A DNA stretch of 63,193 bases, filler included, from Sphacelaria rigidula (Eukaryota): assembly GCA_964200075.2 (NCBI GenBank). It is 4 parts of 4 records of this genome, joined end to end, with 100 filler letters (N's around TTAATTAATTAA, not from the genome) between each part and the next. Parts side by side here need not be neighbours in the genome. Positions count along the whole stretch, not along the records: positions 47,480 to 63,193 come from CAXNAA020001627.1; 3 more parts are not named here. One strand, 5' to 3'. A program made the position numbers and the translations under genes. Shown here piece by piece: positions 47,480 through 60,203 of this stretch (positions are counted from its first letter, which is position 1; each line of letters begins with the position of its first letter). The notes below the pieces were generated by a model. It ran no database searches. It was not told the DNA's origin and saw nothing but the letters and a program-made list of their open reading frames with translations.

Positions 47480-49459
47480 TCTCGAAAGGGATGCGTGGTC
47501 AATGGTCAAACGACTAAGGCAAGCAACAAATGAGTACGCCCCCCCCCAAACCAGCTCAAAAGTGTCGCGAAAAAAATGGCTATACAGTGCCCGATGTTTG
47601 GGTTCAGGCTGCATGAAGCGTCCACATTTGCGACATCGGCTAGAACGAACCCAAGCGTGGAAATTCCCAGCTGCTCCTTGTGCTCAGCTTTTCTCATTCC
47701 GATGAACGTGAAGATTTTGCCTCCCAAAACCGTGCACGTTTTTTTGGGGGGGGGCTATCGTAGAAAGTGTCCGAAGAGTTTGGAGTACCTTGGCGGGAAA
47801 AAAAGAGGATAAGATGAGTTCAGAATATGTCGGCGAGTTGCGAATCACATGTCGAAATTTCACGTCTCAGCTCGAAAAATTGAGCACCTAATGGCGATAT
47901 TTGCAGATAATTACACCAATATCGCTTTTGCACAAATACGTACACATTGGTTCCGTAACGCACGCTTTCGGCTAAAGTTATGAATGATGAATCACGAAAT
48001 TAGACCTTCACCGCTGTTTTCCTTGCCTCGGGATTTATCCACTGCGAAGGTTGCCAAAAGTTCGGAGCTAGGTTTTTTCATGGGATATTTTCAAAAGAGT
48101 GGATGCAACACCTGATGATGGTACAAAATGTCCAAGCACGAAACACGAGTTTCACGGCACCACACTTGACCGATCCCCAGGCTGGACTGCTACGCGTGAC
48201 CGCCTCAACTATTCGACTAGAACGGTAAACTCAGCCTGCCCCCACTCAGTTCCGTTAAAAAAATATGGCCATCTGACACACGGTGGTTTTCATCCAGCCC
48301 AACTTGTGCAGTTTCATTCCATTCATCGTCAAAAGTGTCGCCGCTCTCTCGCCCCCCTCCCCGACCCATCATTTGAGACACGCCCACCATCAATCTCCAA
48401 GACCTCCTCCCGAGTACAAGAAACGAGAGCTTTGATAAGAAGCGAAATTACCTGGGCGTGCGATCGGGCAGGGAAAATAACGCATGTACACCTGCCTGCG
48501 TATGCGCCGGGTCGCCCACTCTGCACCCAAGCAAAGTTGAACTATGTACTGTGTACGCACTCCTTGCTCATGTACAGTGAACTGCAGTGCTGCGGTGCGC
48601 GATGGTGGCGAGAATGCGGAGGACGAATTCGTTTGTTTTTGCTCGAGTGCACAGCCTTGATTGCCACGGTGGCGTGGATACTTGTTTTTGGCACTACTAT
48701 CGATCGCTGTGGGTTTTGAGCTAACGACACCCCTGAGGCCGTTTCTTGTGGTTGGTGTTTCGTGATACTTCTTAATTAACAGGACTATTTTTGTTTCAGA
48801 CTTTTCAGACTTTTTCGGGGGAGGAAAACTTCCCGAAAAATGTGGCAGCAGAATTCTGACCCATGTGAATGAATAGGTCAATTCAAGACTGACTACATCT
48901 TAATCGGAAAGGCTAGCGTTTGGGTTTATTTTCAGCATTTGTTTTTCGAAAGTCGAAACATTTCCCGAAAAGGTCGAAAAGAAAGTCTGAAGAAAAGTCC
49001 CGTGAGCCATCTAACCGTGAGGGAAGTCAATCTCGGTCATACAAGTAATGTATATCTTTTTCAAGTGAATTGGATTCCGATTAATCAGTTGACCTATGCT
49101 CGCTATCAAAGGGTTAATAATGACGAGCCTTACGGGGCATTATTTTTCCACTTTTGGGACAATTGACACGGGTTTTGCCCCCAAAACAAGGAATATCGCC
49201 ATCACACATCTTGGATACTACGCCTCGGCCCACGGAGAGGAGTCTAATCCACTTTTCCGGTTCGCTTGGCTCCAAGGCTTCGAGAATGACCTCTAGATTA
49301 AACTACGGCCCAAGGACGAAAACATGCCGAGTCTGCAGACATAATTTACAAGTAGTAGTGACCTCTCCCGGTGGGTCGGTGCACAGTGTTCAAGGCGTGC
49401 GATAGCGACATTGAAAATATCTGTAGACACTGCGTTTTTTCGCACAACCGTGAATTGTT

Positions 49460-51200
49460 CAGAGGCCATTCTCGAAACCTCGGAGCCAAGCGAATCGGGA
49501 AAATGGGCTAGATTCCTCTGGGTAGGTCGATGAAAAGTGTCCAAGACGTACGACGACGATATTCCATATTCGGGATGCTCGGATGCTTCCATGCCCTCAT
49601 CGTCGAGGTGTGGAACGGAGGTGAGGTACCGCAGGAGTGGAAGGACGCTACGATAAATGTGCTCTACAAGAGATCGCATCGCTCCAACTGTTACAAGTAC
49701 AGGGGAATCTCACTGGTCTCGCACGCAGCGAAAGTGTTTTTGAAGATAGTGGCCAACCGCCTCAATGACTACTGCGAAACCCACGGGATACTACCAGAGG
49801 AACAAGGCGACTCCCGACCTGTTCGATCCATCGTCGACATGTTGTTTGCAGTGCCCCGACTCAGGAACTGGGACGACGGCGGAGGATACCGCTTTACATG
49901 TGCTTCGCCGACCTCCAAAAGGTCTATGAATCGGTCGACCGGGACATTCTATAGCAGGTGCTTGCCCGAGCTAGTATTCCGGATGCGATGACAGCAGTAA
50001 TCCGCAATTTCCACGACGACATGCAGGCCCGCATGTGCACGAATGGCGAGGAGCTTTCGGAGCGGTCCGCGGTCATCCCGGGACCGCGACAAGAATGTGT
50101 GCTGTCTCCGCTGCTGTTCAATAGGTTTTTCGCTGCGGGGCTTGAGATGGTTCTCGCGCGATCCAGCGAGGACGACATTATCCTCAACGACATGATGTAT
50201 CTCGAGGGGGACGGAGACACCGCTGGAACGCGTACGGAGAGCGGTGTAAGGAATGTTGCAGTATATGTCAATGACGTGGCCATCGTCTCGATGTTCCCCG
50301 ACGACCTGGTGAGGATGGTGGCCGCTATAGTACGCGTGTTTAGGGCCTTTGGATTGACGGTGTCGGAAAAGAAGACAGAGACTCTACTAATGCGAGTACC
50401 GGAAAAATCGCCACAGAAGGGAGAGCCACCCACACCACCTCCCCCGCCACTGGTCATCGAAGCACCGGACTAGAAGTACGCACAAACAACGAAGTTCTGA
50501 TACTTGGGTGGGCTCATCAACGAAGATGGCTAGCTCACACAAGAGATCAACAATCGGAGCAGAGCCGCGTGGGCGTACATCAGGAAATCTCCCTGGGAGC
50601 TCTTTGACCGACCGAAAGCACCGTGGAGACTCAAGGTCCGACTGCTAGAAGCGGAGGCGATGCAGGCCCTACTGCATGGATGCACGACGTAGGCCCCGCG
50701 TCGCAAGCACCACCGGTTGCTGAGGACGGTCCACTACCGGCTCCTCCTGCGAGTTATCGGGTAACGGCGCGTGTGTGGCGCATACCGACAGTCATCGTAC
50801 GCCCAGGCTCTCGAGTGCTGAAGCCATCGTCCGGCAACGGCGACTGCTGATCACGGGAGCCCTGGCTAGACAACCGGACGGGCAATTACCGGAGTGACTG
50901 CCATTCGGAACACTCGCGTGTGTGTGGGGGGTCTAGGACAAGGGTACCCAGAGCAAAACTGGCTGAAGTGCCTGAGGGCGATATTCAAGCTAACGGAGCC
51001 ATGGAAGGCTCTACGGATGACAACCGACAAACGTTCGGAGTTGAAAGTGTTCCCGAGCCCTCAGCAGCGAAGAAGGAAGGGAGGATACCGTGGCATGCGC
51101 GGGTGCTGCAGGTAGCAGAGAGGTGCATGACCTCTTGGCAAAAATATGAGGAGGAGGCCAGTCCGATACGTGCGATGAAAAGGGACCAAAAAAACTAGTG
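49460..51200 (+). mobile_element. Decayed RTE-like LINE reverse transcriptase (5'-truncated)
   Basis: [15 protein letters not shown]...[62 protein letters not shown] (decayed YADD) and FGLTVSEKKTE. Frameshifts and stops. Confidence 0.9.
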
Positions 51201-52982
51201 CAGAGGAGAGCAGGGAGGAGATGGGAGAACGTAAAGCCATCTTGTCCCGAACTGAACATGGTAGAGGTGGTGGGACTCCCCATCATCTCTTCATGCCTTC
51301 TTCCTTCCCCCCTTACTGATTGCTGCCTTCCGTGCACCCTTCCCCTGATGTGGTGTGTCGTTGTGTTGTTGTTGTGTGATGTTTTTCTTGTTATGCCTAG
51401 TTTATTCGATCATATGAATGTACAAATGACGATCCCTTTAGAGGTACAAGGATAGAACCCCGCGATTCTTGTCACTATGGGTGATCCTGGTTCCTGAGTT
51501 TGGCTCCCTTTCTGTTTGGCCTCGCGTGTTGAGTGGACCATTATTGGGCCCTGCCTCCGGTAGCTCAAGTGGTCGCCTACGGCACAGGAACTTATTAGCT
51601 TAGCAGTGTCTTTTCTTCTTCATTTCTATTTGCTTATTTAATGTTTTTCTTTTCGTATCGCATCCTCGTGATTTTTTCTGGGTCCGACTTTTATTTTTGT
51701 ACTCCCTTACAAGGGTCGGACGAGTTAATGATTCGTCTGGAAGTTACTTGATTTTAGGGTAATTGATTTTTACCGTTCAAATCAGTCCTCAAGCTTTGTT
51801 TTCAGCGTTGTAACCCAGGTACGCACAGCCTAGGCCGTGGAATGGCGCAAAAGTTGCGTGGAGACCTTTTTGACCAGCGGTCAACTTTTCTCTCTTTCGA
51901 GAAATCAGGCCTGAAAATTCGTAGATTTCGAATCACCTGATTCGAACCGGCGATGATTCGTCCAAACCGTGTTCCCTTATTCCCTATTTTGGGTAGTTAG
52001 CCTGTGACCACGGGAGGGGTACGCACCAGATGCCGAGTACGGAGTACTAGGGCGTTTGCTTTTTGAGCTCTTTGTCCCAAAATAAGTACGAGTATGCATC
52101 TTGTTCAAAAGGGAGTCATTTTGAAGCAGAAACCCCGCCGAGGCTTTACAATTACTTAATTTTAGTGTGGAATACCGAAAAACAAGAACGTGCAATTTAT
52201 GCAAATCATGCGAGAGCACATAAAAAACAAGAGCCTAGGAGTACTGCGCACATATCGGGATGGTTATAAATGTGAAGACGACAACAACAACCACAGGGCC
52301 AAACCCCAGCTCGAACTGCCGTTGGTCGTTGAAACCGTTCTTCCACGCAGCTCACTGGGTTGAATTCGCCATTTAACTGAAACAACGATAACTGAAAAAA
52401 ATGACCCGCTTTGGCGGTTACAGGTCAAGTCCAAGCCCTGCAGATCCGTCGCCGACGAAGCGCAGACTCCACAACCGCGATTCTCAAAAATGGGGCTGGA
52501 CATAAAAATGAGGTTCAAACGGCGTATATTTTTTTCTGGAATGGTGAGAAACAGTTACGCCAAGATAATAAAGCATATTTCCCCCCCAAAACTTTCGTAG
52601 CACTTTTTTAGCAAGTGTGGCTAGGTGCACGGAGCGAATGCGGTGTACACGCGTGTCGACGGCGATGTCACGATATCATCGGAGAAGCAACGGCGGAGAG
52701 GAAGCTCCACGTCCGTGTCCCTTGTGTGTCCTCGTTCGGAGGTTCTCAATAATTGCTGGAGAGATTGGCATCATGTTACCAGCACATACCCAATCTCCCA
52801 TGTGCCAGCAGGCGGAATATTGCGGCACAGCCCCTCAAGGAACACCGAGGTGCCCAGGGTTGCCGTCTCTTCTTGTCTGTGGCGCTGACCGACGCAAAGA
52901 TCGAATCATCTCTGCCTCTCTTTTCGGACAGGACGCGCCACTCATTGTGCGCTGCAGAACACGTCGTCGACGAAGCGCAGAC

Positions 52983-52986
<4 letters not shown>

Positions 52987-53031
<45 letters not shown>
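52987..53031. repeat. (GA)n microsatellite
   Basis: About 22 GA units. Confidence 0.95.
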
Positions 53032-53032
<1 letters not shown>

Positions 53033-53177
53033 AGCGTGATGACGGTAACGGAGTGGTACCGGTTCCAGTCTCAGATGCAAACTCGTAGGCGCGTCTGCTG
53101 CCATTTCTATTTGTCGCTCGCTTTACCGACCTCGAGATATTAGGGGTTCGCTTTGGTAATCCCTCATAGCACTCCGC

Positions 53178-53560
53178 ACCATGCCCGACAGTGGAGAGCG
53201 ACTCTGTCGTGGGTACACAAAACCGGACATCACGGTCGACGTGGGAAAGGGACCGCTGAACCCCCCTCGCGATAAAAAATGAAGGCAAGCACCGCAGAAG
53301 GAAGTTGGAGAACTAAAACACACAAAAAAGGAAAGCCTCCTGTGTTGGCCTTCCTCTTGTGTGACCCCGCGGCTGGTGCGCCAACATATATACCGAAATA
53401 ATGCGTAGACCGACGTCCAGAGTAGATGGGACAACAACACACACACACTCCGCAGAAGGAACGTGGAGAACTAAAAAAAAAACTCCCGTGTTGACCTTCC
53501 TCCTGTATGACCCCGACCCATATACCGAAAGGTATAGACCGACGTCCAGAATAGATGCGA
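53178..53560 (+). mobile_element. SINE copy (5'-truncated) with a tandem partial duplication of its 3' half
   Basis: Reverse complement of 4500-4760. CGCAGAAGGAA..TGGAGAACTAAAA...TAGACCGACGTCCAGA occurs twice. (CA)n tail at about 53435-53448. Confidence 0.78.
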
Positions 53561-55698
53561 CGGCAACAAACGAACAAAAACCACCAAAATTTCTGACGGT
53601 GGGTATATATCCAGGGGGGGATTTCCACTTGTGGGATACATGACTTAGAAGTCTGCCGCGCAGCGTTTCTGCTGATATCACAATACAGGAGGGCATTCGA
53701 TGCGCATTTTTTCTCACGGACTGGCACCTCTACTCCATCGCTCGCGACAAGTATCAGGATTTGTACGTGGCAGCGTAGCAGGAGCAAGTTTCGGCACTTA
53801 CAAGTGAAGTGAGAGATGGAATCAGCTAAAAATTGCCGCTAGTACGGACTGCTACGCGGAGCAGACAACTGCAATCCTCCCTTGCCTCCGATACTACTGT
53901 TGTACCGTCGTGAATTGCAGTGCTCAAGCTAATGCTTTACGGCATTACCGATATGTGATGTCGGTCCCTGCTTTCATACTCATGTGAACCTGCAGCTGAT
54001 TTCTGCACAGTTGATTGTCGATTACTATGTATACACCTCGCTCTGCCTACAACGGCATAAGTACCAACTACCACCGTCGTACTGCACCTGCTCTCTGCTG
54101 CGCAATGCGGTGCAATATTGGGCGACTATAACAGGGAATCGACAGTCGGATCGGAGAAAACCACAACCAAATTTCTTGTGTCGAGTACCGAGGCGTTTTT
54201 GATCTCTCGCAATTTTGAGGACGCCGTGATCGCTTCATTCTCGTTACGCCCAAAGCTGAAGTGCCACCGTGTAGCGGGTTTCCCAGGGCGCATCGTGGTA
54301 CATCTCGATCTTACAAGGCATCAGATTCTAGGAATAACAAACGGGCAGCGCTTACAATTCATTTTTTCTCTTTCACACACCACAAAAAGTGCGAGACAAG
54401 ACTTAGTGCTTGGTCATCATGGCGAACTTTGTGGGGAAGGACAATAAGGAGAGTGAGGTGAGTCAAGGCTTGGTGCTAAATGTTCCCTGAACTATGAACG
54501 AGGAGCATGAACAGCGCTTAACCTCACAAGTTCGTATGCTGCTAGTCCTGAGGGGATGCATATCTCGATGGCTACATCTTCCGTGTGGGCCTTGCAGCCC
54601 TTCGCTTCTTTGCTCCATCGAATTATTTCGTGGTGCAAGTTCGGGTTTTCTGTGATGGACCACAGTCATCTGATGGAGGTTTCCTTTGATGATCAGTGTT
54701 GAGTGCAACTGCTTCATAATCGCGCGGGGACGGAGGGGGGTGGAGATGGTCCAAGGCGCCTAGTCTCTCATGCTCTCCCACACTAGCTTTGACCGCTAGA
54801 GCAATAAGGTTGAAAACTTGATATTCACGACACTGAAGTTGTCTCACCTGGCGTAGTAATTCTTGAGCCACCACTGGACTTCTGTGGTATTTCAAACTCC
54901 CACAAGCACGGTAAGTCATTCCACGCCTTCTGAATCTCTTTTTACACGAGACTCTGTACTACTGTATTTACGGTACCGGACTTTGTGCTAGCGACATTGT
55001 GGCACAGGATGCACAAAATCACATCAAATCAAATTAATCTCTGAGGCCTTACACGTTTGTGTAGCTTTCATCGTCTGTGTATGGTAGGAAGAGCTGGCGC
55101 GATTGCTTGACTCGCGAGCTAATCATTTCCTGCTGGTTGCTTCATGCTGAACATCTTCGAAATCGCTTTTTCCGATGCCTTCTCTCTGCAATTTTTCGGT
55201 TTCACGAAAACCAAAAAGTGATGGTTCATTATTAGGTACTCTTTCCTCCCGTTTTCCAGTATTCAGACTGTTTCCCTGTAGCACGATGGTGTATCTCCGG
55301 TCCTTGCCTCGAGCGCCCATTCTGTTCCAGTTAAACCCAGTTAAAACTTCCCACTTTCCCGTTTACCCAAGCCCACAGCGAGTACTATCCCGTGTATTAG
55401 CTTTCGGTTCACCCTTGATGATGTCCACTTGGTCAACTTTGTGCGACTTGGGAGCACGGTCCGGCTCGCGGTCTGCACTGGCCCTATTCTCGCCTGCTAG
55501 TTTTTGTTGGGTTGGAAGAACAATGTGTCAGATGACCTGTACTGCCCCGTTGCATTGTATTGAACAGGGGAACCCTGACAGGGCAAAGGTCGCACGAGAA
55601 TACCTTTGTTCCCTTTTCTACATCAACTACCAAGCGCCAGTCACGTTTGCACAGACCACAATCTCCCGCTCAGCCCTGTAATCCACGTGTACACGCAG

Positions 55699-55920
55699 CG
55701 TGCCAAGCTTTTCAAGGCCGGCGTTGGGCGCGATGAGGCTAGAAGAGGTCGAAATGAAACCCAAGTGCAAATCCGCAAGGAGAAGAAGGAGGAAAGGCTC
55801 AACCAGCGCCGACGCAAGGGCGCAGGTGGCCCAGGCAATTCTTTTGGATTCGCCGCGATTCCCGAAGGGGGACTTCAAACTCCAGCCGGACCTTCAGGGA
55901 CATCGGATCCTCAAATGAAG
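55699..55920 (+). CDS. IMPA: Importin alpha IBB-domain exon
   Basis: cgcag|CGT acceptor and AAG|gtgagt donor. Confidence 0.9.
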
Positions 55921-58900
55921 GTGAGTTAGTGGGGCATACTTCTTGATGTGTGGTGCTTACTCGTGTGTTGGTTTTTGATCGCGTTCCGTACAGGTATCAT
56001 CTGGCTGCAGATCAAGATGACTTCGGTGTACATGGGGGTGCGCTCTGTATTCCATTACAGACAGTACACCACTCTGTCGTGACTGTCGTTCGGTTGTATG
56101 CCTTCTATTTTGTGTTGTTTGATTACTGTCGCGCACAACGAGCGAAATGTGTCGAGCTGTATCGCCTGCTTGCGGTGATGAAGCCTTCCCTCATGTGATA
56201 TACGGCGTGTAAGTTGGTCGGGAATCGTCAGCATTGGTCGTGTTGTCGCCTTGTCCACGCTGGAATTGTAGTCATCTGTTCCCCACCTAGCTACATCACC
56301 TGACAACAGTACTGAATTGAAGATGAATTATTAGTATTCGTTGTACCCTGCAAAATATCTTCCCCCGATCGCGGAGGAATTGCCGTACCGAGTTTGGTTT
56401 GACCTCGATATTTTGCGTCTGACTCGAGAGTTGGTGAGGCAGAGTGAAATCGCCGATCCAAGCGCCCATGGCATAACTGTTTGAGGAGCTGGTATCACGA
56501 TGCCTTTGAATCTACTCTGTTCTGTGTCGAGTTCGGTCTCAGCGTGAGATTCCTACCTTACTGTGACTGTTGCGAACATTTGTCATCAATTCGTCGATCG
56601 CCACCTGCGACCAATTGTAGAGCTGCCCGCGAGCCGGTCGTCGTTGAAGCGGGCGGCACATGTTCAAGACACGGTCAGCGTCGATGTCCTGAGTGAGATG
56701 CGGGAATTTGCCCGACACGGCCCGAGTTCGTCAGTTGACGTGTGAGGAATATCCGGGTACGCGGCAGCCATCATGGGGCGATGTCATCAGTGCCTCCCTC
56801 GGACTCCCTTGACCGAAAAAGATCGCTGTCTGTCAAAACGGCATCGGTTGTACCCAGAATATGATCGCCAGAGCAACATGTCTCATTCACCCTGGCGTGA
56901 GTGTCGTAACGACGCATGATATGCTTTCACTTGCGCTGCGTCTTCGTCAGTGCGCGATCTCTCTTCATGTGCCATCACTCCACCGCTCCTTGATATTAAT
57001 TTTTATCCCCGCAACCCCCTTGTTCATCCCGTCTCCCGCGTGTCTGTGGCGTGGTTCCTGTCTGCAACACAGCTTGACCAGCTGCCTCAGCTGGTGCTCG
57101 GAGTTCAAAGTCCAGATGCTACCACCCAGCTCGAAACGACGACGTCTTTCCGGAAAATTCTATCTATAGGCGAGTGTGAAGGGTGTAACTCTAACATCGG
57201 GTTCATGGTACGTTTATCTGCAATGAACATGGACCACGAAATGCCTTGTTTGATACATGTTTCTGGTGAGTATTGTTCGGCAAGCACGAATTCTCTCGCT
57301 AGAATACGTAGCCCAGCATAAAAAATAACGGTGTTGTAGTCCATGTATTACTTGTTCCACCGGGGTGTTACTCCGATGTTTCGCAAGACCCGTTGATGAG
57401 CTGGGGTGAAATCATCTTGGGATACAAACATGGGGTGATTTAATGTCGTTCAGGGTGTATATGGCGTGTGTCCTGCAAGTTAGTTTCCGATCGGTGAAGG
57501 GCCATGGGGAAAAAATTCATTGTGTTGAGGTCATCTCAACATTGATGATCTGTACATGAATGACCACTTATCCTGACCCATCAGACTGGATCTCTTCTTG
57601 CGCCGCCTTCTTTCCATACAGGAAAATGTTATTTTTTCCAATCGAAAACATGTCCCGGGGAAACAGTCAATTTGATGGGTCCGCAGCACTGACATCCCTA
57701 GCTGGCTTGCTTTAACTATTTTTGATGACTATCTGCGCGCAGACGGGATTAAATATATGCTAGAGGCCATTTCAGTTTCGAAATAAAAACCTATTGAAAA
57801 CCGGATGTCTAGTCCTTCTGCGTGTCCGACACTCGAAAAGAGTGCAAGGCGGATGTCAACACATTGGCATGCCCTACTCCACTCGTTGAGACCATTCCAG
57901 GGCATCTTCGCGCTCCCTGGGTGCCGCAGTTTTTCCTCGCTGAATTTGCATCTTTCATATCAGTTCAGACATTGGAAACTGGGATATCGAGAACAGTGCA
58001 GGTTTCGAGGCTGTCGAAAAAATATTGCGGGATATGCAGGCCGTAAGATTGGAAATTCGAGTTTTGGAGGGGGGAGGGCGGGTGAAGTCACTTGTTGCTT
58101 GCGTTGGTCGTTTGACCGATGATCACGTATCCCTCTCAGACGGAGCGCAGTTTCTGACGGGGCGGTGGGGACACCAAACCTGCTGTCCTGTAGTCCATAG
58201 CCGAGGCGTTGGCGGATGCGGTCAGCTGCCGTGTACTGTACAGAGATCCTTGGCATGGAAACCGCTGAGATGGTGGACACGTCGCCGCCCCCGGGGAGCT
58301 CATCACTTACCATGAGCTAAGCTGCCTGAAGTGTAAGCAGAAGGCACCGATGATGCCGTACTGTCCATACCTTACGTAACCCTCTGTTTTCCATTACACT
58401 GTATCAAACACGCCCACACTCAGACATGCATGCAAACGGAGTACGCAATACAGTACGGTCTGTTGGGTAGGGTGGCGAACGAGGACCGCTTCACAAACTT
58501 ACATCGTCTTTTGACAAAAAGGCTGCAAATTCGCTTGGATCCAAGTCGTGCAAAAACAAATGCATTCGCTCGAATAGTTCCCTCCTTTTTTTAACGGAAG
58601 AAAATGTTTCGACAGACTCAGTCACGGGAGTGAGTACGATGAACTCACAAATTGTGAATGCTGAAGAGGATAGTGATTTTTGTAAACGACGAGGCAGAGT
58701 CGGCAGTACACGAATAACGCACACTTGTTCAGGTCAGATGAAGTGCGTACTACAGAGAGCGTCTGTACGGACACGATGAACAGTGAGCAAATGCGAGATA
58801 ATCTGAGGTAAGGCATGCGAGCAGGAATCATTCGGGTCTCGCCGTTGGTGGGCACAAGAGCAATGTAGTCGAGACCGAATTATATGGAGACTTCGGCGCG

Positions 58901-60203
58901 CTGCTCCGCAAGAGATGATATTTTTAAGCTCGGAATTGGTCTGTCTAACCATGAACAAGTCGATTGGTTACGCGCAGCGCCCTCATTAACCAGTCAAAGG
59001 GTACATATTGGTTCGGTTATCAAGCGACGCAGCCGCGAGCCAAAAAGCCCCCCCCTCTGGCGAAGTGGGCCCCGCCGGAGCCCCGCTGGAGGTGCTGTGC
59101 CGGAGGCACGTTTTCACGCGATTTGACTTCACGAGAGCTAAAAAACAAGTTGAATTTGGGGCAATTTTCAAGGGATGTATGTAGCATATACGTAGCCAGT
59201 AACTGCTTATTAAGCCGGTAACGGTAAATATTGGTTTAAAACCATTTTCCAAAAAAATCATATGACGATCACCATTATTACCAACCAAAATGATGATTTC
59301 CAAGCTCCATGACATTACCCATCACGGAAACTAACAACACCGCACCACTCAAGCCATCATCTTCCAACAAATGTTCACTCCGGCTTCAGGCGGTCATACG
59401 AAAAACGTCATCACTAGATCAGATTGAACATGGAGAACTGGGCCCACCACACTGGTTTGGTGAAAACGCGATAAACACGGGTTGTACAAATGTATTGGTG
59501 GAACACCACATGCCTGGTGGCGCGTTTCGTTGGTTGGTCGAGGCGCTCTGAACCTCCAGATTTTCAAAATATAAACCTCACTTTTTGATTTCACGCACCT
59601 GCTCACACCTGCGGTTGGTTGTACATCATGTCATGAGTGAGCTTCACATCATACACATGCTATGTTCTGTGGGAACCGCGATGTAAAAGGAGGAAAATAC
59701 ATAAGTGTCAGTCGAGGAATCACCTCTTTACATTGGCGACACCTGCTGTCTTGAGGAGCTGTGCGGTTACTTGGAAAATGCAACAACGCCAAATCGATAG
59801 TGGGCAAGCTGGGTATCATACAAGCTGGGCCAGCCTAAGAACGGATGTAAGCTCTCAACGCGATATCTCAACGGATGTAAGCTCTCAACGCGGACTGGTA
59901 CTTTGCAGGCGAATGGATTGATCTAAGAGTTGTGTGCTTGTCATGACGTCGTTCGTCCCCACTTATAAACGAGCAGAGCGCAATCCGCCCATCCAAAACG
60001 TGATCGATGCGGGGGTGGTGCCCAAGTTCGTGGAGTTTTTGCAGCGCGATGACAACCCGGCTCTACAGTTTGAGTCGGCTTGGGCCTTGACCAACATCGC
60101 TAGCGGAACGAGCGACCACACCCGCGTCGTCATTGAGAAGGGTGCCGTGCCGATCTTTGTGCGTCTGCTCATGAGCCCGAACGATGACGTCCGCGAGCAG
60201 GCG
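55699..60203 (+). CDS. IMPA: Importin subunit alpha, exons 55699-55920, 57073-57169, 59977-60203; start exon not located, gene continues beyond the window
   Basis: IBB domain [39 protein letters not shown], then [105 protein letters not shown]. These are canonical ARM repeats 1-3. Confidence 0.96.
57073..57169 (+). CDS. IMPA: Importin alpha exon with a GC donor
   Basis: cacag|CTT acceptor; ATA G|gcgagt donor. Confidence 0.9.
59977..60203 (+). CDS. IMPA: Importin alpha ARM-repeat exon
   Basis: gcag|AG acceptor and GCG|gtgagt donor; [14 protein letters not shown] motif. Confidence 0.95.

Noticed and set aside
54847..55280. Divergent minus-strand gene upstream of importin alpha
   Set aside because: One exon-like block (about 54848-54929) has splice signals, but there is no recognisable protein or consistent multi-exon model.
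59840..59892. Short direct duplication AACGGATGTAAGCTCTCAACGCG
   Set aside because: Only two intronic units; ordinary slippage.
17713..60203. CCD + NAGPA-like + importin alpha as a functional gene cluster
   Set aside because: They lie on separate contigs joined artificially by length order.
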